This document shows, one piece after another, positions 32,399 through 42,250 of a stretch of DNA of 64,000 nt. Numbering within the stretch: position 1 is the stretch's first letter; every line of letters begins with the position of its first letter. Made by a program: the position numbers and the translations under genes. The stretch covers positions 192,001 to 256,000 of the forward strand of contig CAWHTE010000007.1 of the NCBI GenBank assembly GCA_963832165.1. Direction: 5' to 3'. Below the pieces are notes generated by a model, which saw only the letters and a list, made by a program, of their open reading frames with translations, was not told where the DNA came from and did not search any database. This DNA comes from an uncultured delta proteobacterium. Its GTDB lineage: Bacteria; Myxococcota_A; UBA9160; SMWR01.

Positions 32399-33689
32399 AT
32401 GGGAGACGACTCCGCTCCGTCGTACACGTTCCGCGACGCCGGATTGCACTCTCGGCTGCTGCGCGGCGTGAACGCGGTGGGCGCGGGGCTGCGCTGGGTC
32501 GGCTTCGACGTGCCGTCGCTCGAGCCGGACTCGATCGCGCGCGCGGCCTGCGATCGCGCGGGCCTCGAAGACTTCGGCGACCCGGGCTGGCGCGAGGGGC
32601 TCGAGGTGCTGTGCCTAGCGCTCGAGCTCGAGGGAAACCTCACCACGTTCGGCCGGATCGCGATGCGCGGGCTGATCACGAACGCGCTCGAGGGGCGACT
32701 GCGCCTGATCGACTGGGCGGCGCGTCATCCCGAGGTGCGCGACGAGAAGATCGAGCGGCCCTGGGTGGTCGTCGGGCTGCCTCGTACGGGCACCACGTTG
32801 CTCTCCCTCCTGCTCGCGCTCGACCCCGAGGTGCGGCCACTCCTGCACTGGGAGTCGACCAGTCCCGTTCCGCCGCCGGATCTCGCCACGCACGCCGAGG
32901 ACCCCCGCATCGCTGCGGCTGCGAAGCAGGTGGCGCAGATCGAGGCGTTGAATCCGGCGATTCGCGCGATGCACCCGATGGGTGCCACGATCGCCACCGA
33001 GTGCGTCGGATTCCTGTTCTTCGACCTGCGCTCGCTGCTGATCGAGACCCAGGCCCACCTCCCGAGCTACGGCCGCTGGCTCGAGAAGACAGACATGCAC
33101 GGCGCCTACGCGATGCACCGCCTCGCCCTCCAGGTGCTGCAGTCGCGGATCCCGACGCCCGTGTGGTCGCTCAAGACACCGCAGCATCTCTGGTCGCTCG
33201 ACACGCTGCTCGAGTTCTATCCGGACGCGCGAATCGTCTGGACCCATCGCGACCCGACGAAGGTCGTGACGTCGGTGGCGAGTCTGAACACATCGCTGCA
33301 GCGCCTGAACGTGCGCACGAACGATCCGCTCGCGATCGGAGCCGACTGGAACGACAAGCTTCACCTCGCGGTCACCCGCGGGCATCGAGTTCGACCGGCG
33401 CCAGAACGGCAGGGACTGGTGTCACCACCTCCAGTACGCCGATCTGATGGCCGACCCCGTAGCCGCGGTGCGCGCGCTCTACGCGCATTTCGGAGCGCAG
33501 GTGAGTCCGCTGCACGCGCGGCGCATGGAAGTGTGGGTACGCGACCGACACCAGGAAGTGCACGGCCGCCACGTGTACGATCCCTCCGACTTTGGCCTCT
33601 CCGCCGAGAGCATCGCCGAGCGCTATGCCGAGTACCGGCTGCGCTTCTCGGTTCCCGACGAAGCAAGCCGCACGGGAGGCACGCAATGA
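32399..33689 (+). CDS. Sulfotransferase family protein; frameshift near 33381
   Basis: PAPS loop VGLPRTGTT, LKTPQH, WTHRDP; removing one G in CGCGGGCATC continues as GIEFDRRQ...QYADLMADPV to the stop at 33689. Confidence 0.85.
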
Positions 33690-34573
33690 GTTGGGGCGAG
33701 GGCGACATTCCGGATCTCTCCAACCGCGTGGCGGTCGTTACGGGCGCCAACAGCGGGATCGGCTTCGAGACCGCGCGTGCTCTCGCGGCCAAGGGCGCGC
33801 GCGTGATCCTGGGCTGTCGCAGCCGCACCAAGGGCCCGCAGGCGGCCGCGCGGATCCGCGAGGCGACGCCCGGCGCCGACGTGCTGTTCGCCTCGCTCGA
33901 CCTCGCCTCGCAGAAGTCGATTGCGATGTTTGCGAAGGAGGTCAGCTCGGAGGTCGATCGGCTCGACATCCTGTGCAACAACGCGGGCGTGATGATGCCG
34001 CCGCTCGATTACACGAGGGACGGCTTCGAGCTGCAGTTCGGCATCAACCACCTCGGCCACTTCGCGCTCACCGCGCACCTGATGCCGCTCTTGCGCACGA
34101 CGCCGGGCGCTCGCGTCGTGACCGTGAGCAGCCTCATGCACTTCGTCGGATGGATCCACTTCGCCGACCTCAACTCGATGAAGCGCTATAACGCGACGCT
34201 CGCCTACGGGCAGAGCAAGGTCGCCAATCTGCTGTTCGCACGGGAGCTCGCGCGCCGACTCGGCAGCGCGAACCTCGACGTGATCTCCGCAGCCGCCCAT
34301 CCGGGCTCCACGCGCACCGAGCTGCAGCGCCACTCCGAGCTCATGCACGCGGCGGTGCGCGTGTTCGCACAAGACGCGCCGGCCGGCGCGTTGCCGACGC
34401 TCTACGCGGCCACCGCCCCCGACGTGCGTGGCGGCGACTACTTCGGCCCGCGCCTCGGCCTCGTGGGGCCGCCCGCGCGCGCGCTGTCGAGCCCGCTCGC
34501 GCAGAATCGGGACGTCGCGCGCAAGCTCTGGGACGTCTCCGAGCAGCTCACCGGCGTGAAATTCGATCTCTGA
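33686..34573 (+). CDS. SDR oxidoreductase (retinol dehydrogenase-like)
   Basis: VTGANSGIG, NNAGVM, GFELQFGINHLGHF, YGQSK; ATGA overlap with the upstream stop. Confidence 0.93.
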   Translation: MSWGEGDIPDLSNRVAVVTGANSGIGFETARALAAKGARVILGCRSRTKGPQAAARIREATPGADVLFASLDLASQKSIAMFAKEVSSEVDRLDILCNNAGVMMPPLDYTRDGFELQFGINHLGHFALTAHLMPLLRTTPGARVVTVSSLMHFVGWIHFADLNSMKRYNATLAYGQSKVANLLFARELARRLGSANLDVISAAAHPGSTRTELQRHSELMHAAVRVFAQDAPAGALPTLYAATAPDVRGGDYFGPRLGLVGPPARALSSPLAQNRDVARKLWDVSEQLTGVKFDL

Positions 34574-34581
34574 GATCGACC

Positions 34582-35631
34582 CTATCCGCGCATGAATCCG
34601 CGCCCGGAGATCAGCGGCAGATCGGCGTAGGTGCGAATGCCGGGCGGCGCCTCGCACACGGCCGAAATCGCGTTCACGGCCGGTAGCGCCGTGATGATCA
34701 TGCCGAGCTGCATGTAGTCTTCGAAGCTCTTGGCCGCGAAATTCTTCGGCGGGCGGATCTCGAGCTTCGTCCGAACGCACGGCTGGCCCTCGATCTGCAC
34801 GAGATAGCCGTGCTCGAGCGGCCAGTCGGGCTCGATGTGCTGGCCCTTCCGCCAGCGCACCTGGAGATCGATGAGCGTTCGGCCCGCCACGCGGCCCTGC
34901 CAGCTCGCCTCGACACCCGCCACGCAGCCTTCGTCGATCTTCATGTACCCGAGGTCGAGGTCGCGCGTCGCGGCCGCGAAGCCGGCTTCGCACACCACCT
35001 CGTCGAGATCGACTCCGAGCGCGTCGGCCATCATGTGGACGGCGTCCTCGAACACCGCCGTGCCCTTGCGCACCATCTCGGGGAGCTCCGGCTTCGTGAT
35101 CGGATGGCTGAAGCCGATCGGAATCTCCGTCTCGGGCGAGTTGTATCCGGTCGAGTCGACGGACTCGAGCACCGAGATCTTGTCGACCCGGTCGCAGATG
35201 CCCGCCGTGACGAGACCGAGCAGGTTCGCGAATCCCGGGTTCATGCCCGAGCCGAACAGCGTGCTCTTCCCGCGCTGGCAAGCCTGCTCGAGGCGCGCGC
35301 GCGCAGCCGGGCCGAGGCCGTGCCCCGTGATGAACGCCGCCGTCGCCACGACGTTGGTACCCGCCTCGAGGATCCGCACCAGCTCGTCGACGTTCGGCCA
35401 CATCGGCGTGTAGCTCACGCAATCGGGCCGCAGCTCCAGCAGCGCATCGACGTCGTTCGTGGCCGCCACGCCGAGCTTCTCGATTCCCGCGAGCTCGCCC
35501 GCATCGCGCCCCACCTTGTCGGCGCTCCACGCATAGCATCCGACGAGCTCGAGCCCGGGGTTGGCCGCGATCGCGCGCAGCGCGCGCCGTCCCACGTTGC
35601 CGGTAGTCCACTGCACGACGCGAATGGGCAT
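34582..35631 (-). CDS. Dihydrodipicolinate-reductase-like / NAD(P)H-dependent amine dehydrogenase family protein
   Basis: RVVQWTTGNVG, KVGRDAGEL, GSGMNPG, AVNAI.AVC.APPGI. Confidence 0.85.
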   Translation of the reverse strand: MPIRVVQWTTGNVGRRALRAIAANPGLELVGCYAWSADKVGRDAGELAGIEKLGVAATNDVDALLELRPDCVSYTPMWPNVDELVRILEAGTNVVATAAFITGHGLGPAARARLEQACQRGKSTLFGSGMNPGFANLLGLVTAGICDRVDKISVLESVDSTGYNSPETEIPIGFSHPITKPELPEMVRKGTAVFEDAVHMMADALGVDLDEVVCEAGFAAATRDLDLGYMKIDEGCVAGVEASWQGRVAGRTLIDLQVRWRKGQHIEPDWPLEHGYLVQIEGQPCVRTKLEIRPPKNFAAKSFEDYMQLGMIITALPAVNAISAVCEAPPGIRTYADLPLISGRGFMRG

Positions 35632-35707
35632 GGAGTCCTCACTTGGGCAAGCGCGTGTCTGTATAGTCCTCGCCGTCGCTCGACGCCACGTTGGAGAGGA
35701 ACACACC

Positions 35708-36880
35708 ATGCCCGATGCGACGCCGTGGGTGGAGCGCGCCGCTGCGCTCGCAGCGCTGATCCGGAGCCACGCCGACGAGAGCGAACGCGAGCGGCGACTC
35801 GCCGCGCCGGTCGTCGAGGCGTTCCACGACGCTGCGCTGTTCCGGCTGCAGATCCCCGAGCGTTTCGGGGGCGCCGGACTCGATCCGGTAGAGGCGCTGC
35901 CCGTGTACGAAGAGGTGGCGGCAGCCGACGGATCGGCGGGCTGGAACCTCGCCATCGGCGCCGGCGGCGGATCGTTCGCCGCGATGCTCGACGACCCGGA
36001 CGCGCTCGAGGAGATCATCGGCGCACCGCGCGCGCTGATCGCGGGTTCGGTGAATCCGATGGCGCTCCGGGTCACGCCCGAGCGCGAAGGCTATCGCGTG
36101 TCGGGGCGACTGCGTTATGCGAGCGGCGTGTCGCAGAGCAACTGGCTGATGGCCGGCGGCCTCGTGTTCGATGGAGACGAACCGCGGCCGCGCATGACCA
36201 GCCAGGGCGCGCCCGTGATCGTGGGCACGTTCTTCCCGACGCGCGAGGCGCGCGTACTCGATACGTGGCGCACGAACGGCCTCGCCGGCACGGGCAGCCA
36301 CGACGTCGAGGTGAGCGACGTCTACGTGCCCGCCGCGCGCTGCTTCGAGTTCTTCAGCACGAAGCCGCGTCCCTACGATCCGCTCGCGTCGCTCCCGCTG
36401 TTCTCGCGTCTCGGCGCCTCGATCGCGGGCGTCGGGATCGGCATCGCGCGGCGCGCGATCGAAGAGCTCGTGAAGCTCGCGAGCGAGAAGGTGCCGATCG
36501 CGAGCCCAGGCATGCTGCGCGACCGCGCGAGCGCCCAGATCGACGTCGCGCGCGCGCGCGGGCTCGTCGACGCGGCGCGCGCCCACGTCACGAGCGCGGG
36601 CCGGGACGTATTCGCGCGCGTGAAGGCGGGCGCGGCGCCGACCGTGGACGACCAGGTGCGCCTGCGCCTCGCCTATGTCACGGCCGCGGAGGGCTTCGCG
36701 CGCGCGGTCGACCTCGCGCGCAACGCCGCCGGCATGAACGCGATCGCGCTCGGCAACCCGCTCGAGCGCTGCTGGCGCGATGCGCACGCGGTGACACAGC
36801 ACGTCGCGATCGCGCCGTCGCATTTCGAGCGCCTCGGTCGCATCACGTTCGGACTCGAACCGGGACCGGGGCCGATCTGA
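35708..36880 (+). CDS. Acyl-CoA-dehydrogenase-fold flavin-dependent monooxygenase (HsaA/indole-oxygenase-like)
   Basis: ADGSAGW, SGRLRYASG, DTW..GLAGTGSHD, LERCWRDAHAVTQH. Confidence 0.85.
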   Translation: MPDATPWVERAAALAALIRSHADESERERRLAAPVVEAFHDAALFRLQIPERFGGAGLDPVEALPVYEEVAAADGSAGWNLAIGAGGGSFAAMLDDPDALEEIIGAPRALIAGSVNPMALRVTPEREGYRVSGRLRYASGVSQSNWLMAGGLVFDGDEPRPRMTSQGAPVIVGTFFPTREARVLDTWRTNGLAGTGSHDVEVSDVYVPAARCFEFFSTKPRPYDPLASLPLFSRLGASIAGVGIGIARRAIEELVKLASEKVPIASPGMLRDRASAQIDVARARGLVDAARAHVTSAGRDVFARVKAGAAPTVDDQVRLRLAYVTAAEGFARAVDLARNAAGMNAIALGNPLERCWRDAHAVTQHVAIAPSHFERLGRITFGLEPGPGPI

Positions 36881-38094
36881 GCGAACCCGCGCGCTTCTCG
36901 ACTTCGTTCTGGGTCTACCTCACGAGCCGCTTTTGCGCGGCCACGGCGCTCACGCTGCTGCGCACCACGGTGTACTACCACGTCTTCGCGCTCACGGATT
37001 CCGAAGCCGCACTCGGCGCGATCGGACTCGTCCAGTTCCTTCCCGTGATCGCACTCACGCTCGTGGGCGGCGCGGTGGCGGACGCCTACGACCGGCTCCG
37101 GATCATGCGGCTCGCGCAGATCCCGTATCTCGCAGGCGCAGCGCTGCTCTACGCGGCGACCGCGAACGGCGCGATCTCGGTGCCGCTGCTCTACGCGGCG
37201 GTGTTCACCAACGCCATCACGTTCGCGTTCGAGAGCCCCGCGCGCCAGGCGTTCCTTCCCAGTCTCGTCTCGGTCGCCAGCTTCCCGCGTGCGGTCACCT
37301 ACTCATCGACAGCGATGGCGCTCGCGTTCGCGAGCGGCCCGGCTCTCGCGGGCGTGCTGATCGCGGCCTCCGGCGTCGAGGCGGCCTACGCCGGGTTCGG
37401 TGCGCTCGTGGCTGGGAACCTGATCGGGCTCGTCTTCGTGAAGCCGATCCGCGAGGTCGGCGAGCGCACCCCGCCGAGCCTGAGCGCCGTGCGCGAAGGG
37501 CTCGCCTATGTGCGCAGGAGCCCGATCGTGCTCGGCTGCATGGCGCTCGACATGTTCGCGGTGATCTTCGCCGGCGCGACGGCGCTCCTGCCCGTGTTCG
37601 CGAGCGAGATCCTCGCGGTCGGGCCACGCGGCTACGGTCTGCTCTCCTCCGCGCTCGAGATCGGGGCGCTCGCGATGGCTCTCCTGTTGGTGATCCGCCC
37701 GCCGATCCATCGCGCGGGTCCGGTCCTGTTGATCGCAGTCGCCGTCTACGGGGTCGCGACGCTCGGCTTCGGCCTGTCGCGCTCGTTCCCGCTCTCGGTG
37801 GCACTCTACATGCTCGCGGGTGCGGCGGATCAGGTGAGCGTGGTGCTGCGCGCCACCGTCGTGCAGCTCACCACGCCCGACGCGCTGCGCGGGCGGGTGT
37901 CGGCCGTCAACATGATCTTCATCAACGCATCCAACCAGCTCGGTGCGGTCGAGTCGGGCTTCCTCGCCGCGGCGACCAGTGCCACGTTCGCGGTCGTATT
38001 CGGCGGCGTCGCGTGCCTGTTCGTCGTAGCGTTTACCGCCTGGGCACTGCCCGAACTGCGCCGCTACCGGATCGGCGCGGGCGCTCCCGGCTAG
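36877..38094 (+). CDS. MFS transporter; start uncertain, possibly CTG
   Basis: GGAVADAYDRLR, LDMFAVIFAG, LRGRVSAVN; about 12 TM segments. Confidence 0.85.
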   Translation: MSEPARFSTSFWVYLTSRFCAATALTLLRTTVYYHVFALTDSEAALGAIGLVQFLPVIALTLVGGAVADAYDRLRIMRLAQIPYLAGAALLYAATANGAISVPLLYAAVFTNAITFAFESPARQAFLPSLVSVASFPRAVTYSSTAMALAFASGPALAGVLIAASGVEAAYAGFGALVAGNLIGLVFVKPIREVGERTPPSLSAVREGLAYVRRSPIVLGCMALDMFAVIFAGATALLPVFASEILAVGPRGYGLLSSALEIGALAMALLLVIRPPIHRAGPVLLIAVAVYGVATLGFGLSRSFPLSVALYMLAGAADQVSVVLRATVVQLTTPDALRGRVSAVNMIFINASNQLGAVESGFLAAATSATFAVVFGGVACLFVVAFTAWALPELRRYRIGAGAPG

Positions 38095-38103
38095 GAAGCA
38101 CTC

Positions 38104-38955
38104 ATGGAACGCGATCGCAGCAGCAACACCGCGGAGTACGTGGCGGCGATGCGCGCAGACCACCGCCTGAACGATCCCGCGCCCGTGCTCGACGACGCGT
38201 GGGCCCTGCAACTGGTCGCGCCGGAGCTGCGCGCGGCGGTCGAGTCGGGTCGCTACCGCGCGTTCCTCGAGCGCACGGGTTTGCGCCCGAGCCAGGGACA
38301 CATCGTGCTGCGCGCGCGCTATGCGGACGACGCGCTCGCGGCTGCGGTCGCGCGCGGTGTGCGCCAGCTCGTGGTGCTCGCGGCCGGGCTCGACTCGTCG
38401 TGCCTGCGCCGCGACCCGCGCGTGAGCGTGATCGAGGTCGACCACCCGGCGAGTCAACGCGCGAAGCGCGAGCGGCTCACGGCGCTCGGCGCTCCGCTCG
38501 ACGGAGTCGAGTTCGCCGCGGTCGACTTCGAGCGCGAGTCGCTCGGAGAAGCACTCGCACGCAGCTCGCTCGATCCCACCCGGCCCGCGTTCGTCACCTG
38601 GATCGGCGTGACGATGTACCTGCCCGTCGCGATCGGTCTCGACACGCTCGCGCAGATCCGCGCGAGCGTCGCCCCCGGCAGCGAGCTGGTGTTCGACTAT
38701 CCGATCCCGCTCGAGCAGCTCGCTCCGGAAGTGCTCTTGATCGCGCAGACCAAGAACGCCGGCCTCGCGCGCGAGGGAGAGCCCCGCGTCTCCACCTACG
38801 ACCCTCCCGTCCTCGCGCGCGCGCTCGCCGAGCGCGGTTTCGCGCCGATCGAGGACGTGGGCCCCGCCGAGCTCGAAACGCGCTACTGCGCGGGGCGCAG
38901 CGACGGACTCGGAGGGAACCCCGAGCATCGCATCGTGCACGCATGCGCGGTCTAG
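38104..38955 (+). CDS. SAM-dependent methyltransferase (LCM-like)
   Basis: RARYADD, QLVVLAAGLDS, EVDHP, GVTMYL. Confidence 0.9.
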   Translation: MERDRSSNTAEYVAAMRADHRLNDPAPVLDDAWALQLVAPELRAAVESGRYRAFLERTGLRPSQGHIVLRARYADDALAAAVARGVRQLVVLAAGLDSSCLRRDPRVSVIEVDHPASQRAKRERLTALGAPLDGVEFAAVDFERESLGEALARSSLDPTRPAFVTWIGVTMYLPVAIGLDTLAQIRASVAPGSELVFDYPIPLEQLAPEVLLIAQTKNAGLAREGEPRVSTYDPPVLARALAERGFAPIEDVGPAELETRYCAGRSDGLGGNPEHRIVHACAV

Positions 38956-39051
38956 AGGATGGGGCGCGCCGGCAGGTTGTAGAAATTTCACCCGCGCCGT
39001 GCGCGGATTCCCATCCTTGCAAGCAGCGCGGCCTCGAGCGGACCGGGCGCA

Positions 39052-39066
39052 TGGCACACGGATTGC
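39052..39066 (+). promoter_or_regulatory. Sigma54 (-24/-12) promoter
   Basis: TGGCAC-ACGGA-TTGC matches TGGCAC-N5-TTGC, directly upstream of a three-gene operon. Confidence 0.75.
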
Positions 39067-39103
39067 GTTCGCGAGGGGCATGGCACACGCAGCTCTTCGT
39101 TCG

Positions 39104-40048
39104 ATGCGATTCTGGATGCGCGGCGCCGCCACGGGTCTCGCGATCGCGTGTACGGCGTGCCTGCCGTTCTCGCGCGGGTCGCAACCGTCGGCCGATCCGC
39201 CGCGCGATCAGCTCGTCGAGTCGGACCCCGACATCCCCTCGCGCGATCTCTTCTTCGGCCCGGGCGGGCGCTCGAACGCGCCGCGCACGGACACGCCCTT
39301 CCGGTTCATCGAGCGCGACGAGAGCGGCGTGAGCACGAATTTCGAAGTCGTCGACGCGAAGGGACGCAAGTGGGACGCGAAGCTCGGCCCGGAAGCCAAG
39401 CCCGAAGTCGCCGCTTCGCGCCTGCTCTGGGCGATCGGCTTCCATCAGCCCCCCGTCTACTACGTGCACGACTGGCGGATCGAGAACGGACCCGAAGCGG
39501 GTGAGCAGCAGGAGGCGCGCTTCCGGCTCGAGCGCAAGGAGTGGAAGAAGGACGGCGAGTGGGATTGGCAGGACAACCCGTTCGTCGGCACGCGCGAGCT
39601 GCGCGGCCTCGTCGTGATGATGGCGATGCTCAACTCGTGGGATCTGAAGACGTCGAACAACAAGATCTACGCGACTCCCGGAGCGAATCCGCCGCGGCGC
39701 TACGTCGTGAAGGATCTCGGAGATTCGTTCGGTGGCTCCGCGCGGGTCTTCGTGGGCACACAGAGCGACGTCCACGACTTTTCGCGGGAGGGCTTCATTC
39801 GCGGGGTCGAGAACGACCGCGTCGACCTGGTGTTCAGGCCGGTCATGCTCAACTGGGGCGTCGATGACGACATCTCCGTCGACGACGTGCTGTGGACCTG
39901 CCGCCGCCTCGCACAGCTCTCCGATCGGCAGTGGCGCGATGCGTTCCGCGCCGCTGGCTACAGCGATGCGGAAGGCGCGGCATTCACGGATCGCATGAAA
40001 GCCAAGGTGCGCGAGGGCCTCGCGCTCGCGCAGTCCGAGCGGACTTGA
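39104..40048 (+). CDS. Hypothetical exported (lipo)protein with protein-kinase-like motifs
   Basis: N-terminus MRFWMRGAATGLAIACTAC; WDAK, PEVAASRL, WDLKTSNN and VKDLG occur in kinase order. Start could be 39080 or 39116. Confidence 0.7.
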   Translation: MRFWMRGAATGLAIACTACLPFSRGSQPSADPPRDQLVESDPDIPSRDLFFGPGGRSNAPRTDTPFRFIERDESGVSTNFEVVDAKGRKWDAKLGPEAKPEVAASRLLWAIGFHQPPVYYVHDWRIENGPEAGEQQEARFRLERKEWKKDGEWDWQDNPFVGTRELRGLVVMMAMLNSWDLKTSNNKIYATPGANPPRRYVVKDLGDSFGGSARVFVGTQSDVHDFSREGFIRGVENDRVDLVFRPVMLNWGVDDDISVDDVLWTCRRLAQLSDRQWRDAFRAAGYSDAEGAAFTDRMKAKVREGLALAQSERT

Positions 40049-40827
40049 GCCGCGGAATCGCAGTGTCCCGCGCAATCCTGTTGCTGCTCTGGGTTGTCAT
40101 CGCTGCCTCGAGCGCCGTCGCCCAGACCCAGGAGCTCGTGCACCCGGTCGAGCCGGTGCCCGCGGAGCTCGCGCACCCGGCCGATCCGGTGCCCGACCTG
40201 ATCGGACAGCTGCCCGGTCTCGTCGAAGCGTCGTTCAGGCTGCCGCTCGCCGCGCTGCTCGGGGCCGTTCTCGCGTTCCGGCCGCGCCGCTCGGGCACGC
40301 CCGAGCGCAAGGCCGTCGTGATCCAGACACAGATCCTGCTCGCGATCGTCGGAGCGATCGTGATGCTCGTGGTCGGCCAGAGCCTCGCGCGCGCGTTCGG
40401 CATCGTCGGCGTGGCGAGCCTCGTGCGCTACCGCGCGAAGATCAGCGACCCAAAGGACGCCGGCGTGATGCTCGCGTGCCTCGGGATCGGTCTCGCCTGC
40501 GGCGTCGGCGTGTACCTGATCGCGATCTTCGCGACGGCGTTCCTGCTCGCGTTCCTTTGGTGGGTGGAGTCGCTCGAGCCGCGGCCCGTCCAGCGCTTCC
40601 TGCTCGGGATCAAGTCGCCGAAGCCCGAAACACTGCGGCCCGGCGTCGAGTTCCTGCTGCGGGAGCACCGCGCGACCTTCGAACTGCGCTCGCTGTCGGA
40701 AGAAGAGGTCTCCTACGAAGTGGCGATGCCACTCGACCAGAGCACGGACACGCTGTCGAGCGCCATCGCCGCGCTCAACGGCGGCCAGACGACCGCGGTC
40801 GAGTGGGAGGAGAGGAAAGAAAAGTGA
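40045..40827 (+). CDS. DUF4956 / MgtC-like membrane protein
   Basis: SLARAFGIVGVASLVRYRAKISDPKDA..GIGLACGVG plus a C-terminal ACT-like domain; TTGA overlap. Confidence 0.8.
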   Translation: MSRGIAVSRAILLLLWVVIAASSAVAQTQELVHPVEPVPAELAHPADPVPDLIGQLPGLVEASFRLPLAALLGAVLAFRPRRSGTPERKAVVIQTQILLAIVGAIVMLVVGQSLARAFGIVGVASLVRYRAKISDPKDAGVMLACLGIGLACGVGVYLIAIFATAFLLAFLWWVESLEPRPVQRFLLGIKSPKPETLRPGVEFLLREHRATFELRSLSEEEVSYEVAMPLDQSTDTLSSAIAALNGGQTTAVEWEERKEK

Positions 40828-42209
40828 CCGATCCGATCCGAGGGAGCGCTTCGATGTGGGTGTATGCAGCGGCTCTGTGCATCTCGATCGCGTTGGCGGT
40901 TCCCGCGCGCGCCGAAGAGGAGCAGACAGGTGGCGCCGACGAAAACCTGAGGTGGATCGATCCGTTTGATCAGAGCCGCGACTATCGCTCGATTCGCGCG
41001 GGCGAGGGGTTCCGCACGAACCTGTTCGGCTTCGACGTCGCCGAGGAGCCGCGCGATCGCCGCTCGACGTCCGCGATCGATCTGGGTACCGCGGCATATT
41101 TCAACGGCCCCGACGAAGGGCAGAACATTCCGTTCGCGTCGCTCTACTTCTGGCGTCGACCGGACGAGCGGCGGTTCCTGCGCGCCACCGTCGGAGGTCT
41201 CGTCAACGACGTCGTCGCGGCGCGTTCGTTCGGCGACAGCCCGTTCGAAGCCGTGTTCACGTTCGAGAACAGTGCGGTTTGGTTCGACGACAACGCCCAG
41301 TGGGTCGATGGCGAGCGCGACGAGAACCAGGAGCTGCGCAAGATGTCTGTGCGCGGCGGCGCGGGCGTGGGCTATCGGCGCCAGCTCGTCCCCGGCTGGT
41401 CTCCGCTCGTGTTCGCCGACGGCGTTCACCCCCAGCGGCCGGACAACATGTTCTCGATCTACCTGCTGGCCGAGCCCAGGTATCTCTATTTCCACGAGCG
41501 AAACTCTGCCGACAACTTCGTGCTGCCGCAGGACACCTTCGAGCTCGCGGGGCGCCTCGCGATGCGGTGGGATTCGCTCGAGCGCAACTTGATGGACCTC
41601 GCGCACCGCGGCTTCGCGGTGGGCTTCGACGGGATCTACGGCTGGCGATCGAACTGGGAGGATTGGGGGCTCGACCGCGCGCACCGAGCGAGCGAGGGCC
41701 GCGAGCCGAAGCTGATCCAGGCCTTCGCCGTCGCCGCCATGGGCATCCCGGGTCTCAACGAGCGCCACCGCCTGGTCTCGCTCGTGCACGGAGGACGGGG
41801 TTGGGGTCTCGACCGATTCTCGCAGCCTCGCGTAGGCGGCGGACCGAGGGGCAACGAGTACATGTCGCTCGCGCGCCCGATCCTCCCGGGCTCGGCGATC
41901 AACGAGTTCACGCCGGATAAGCACTACGCGATCGCGCTCGCGGAGTACCGCTATGAGCTGATGTTCTTCGCCTACCTCTCGGCGTACGGCGGCGTCGGGT
42001 ATCTCGACCGCGAGCGCCTGGGTCCAGCGCGGTTCTCGGAACCGGTCCGCAGCCAGGACGACCTGCTCTATCCGGTCGGCGCCCGCCTCACGACCGCCTT
42101 CCTGTTCCGCTCGCAGATCCAGATCGAGTACAACTACAACTTCGACGCGATCCGCGATGGCCACCGCGGCGGCGGCGAGCTGCTGGTGCACGTCTCGAAA
42201 TCGTTCTGA
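40824..42209 (+). CDS. Outer-membrane beta-barrel protein (Omp85/BamA-barrel-like)
   Basis: Signal peptide, amphipathic strands, AEYRYEL, terminal Phe (VHVSKSF); GTGA overlap. Confidence 0.65.
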   Translation: MTDPIRGSASMWVYAAALCISIALAVPARAEEEQTGGADENLRWIDPFDQSRDYRSIRAGEGFRTNLFGFDVAEEPRDRRSTSAIDLGTAAYFNGPDEGQNIPFASLYFWRRPDERRFLRATVGGLVNDVVAARSFGDSPFEAVFTFENSAVWFDDNAQWVDGERDENQELRKMSVRGGAGVGYRRQLVPGWSPLVFADGVHPQRPDNMFSIYLLAEPRYLYFHERNSADNFVLPQDTFELAGRLAMRWDSLERNLMDLAHRGFAVGFDGIYGWRSNWEDWGLDRAHRASEGREPKLIQAFAVAAMGIPGLNERHRLVSLVHGGRGWGLDRFSQPRVGGGPRGNEYMSLARPILPGSAINEFTPDKHYAIALAEYRYELMFFAYLSAYGGVGYLDRERLGPARFSEPVRSQDDLLYPVGARLTTAFLFRSQIQIEYNYNFDAIRDGHRGGGELLVHVSKSF

Positions 42210-42250
42210 GCGGCGCGCGCCGCGCACTCCTGGCTAGCATGTGCGGCGCG

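Noticed and set aside
32399..34573. 724-aa sulfotransferase-SDR fusion ORF
   Set aside because: It results from a +1 G near 33381; once corrected, the sulfotransferase stops at 33689 and the SDR has its own SD and ATG at 33686.
39081..39095. Second sigma54 promoter (repeat of ATGGCACACG)
   Set aside because: It lacks the TTGC -12 element at the required spacing.
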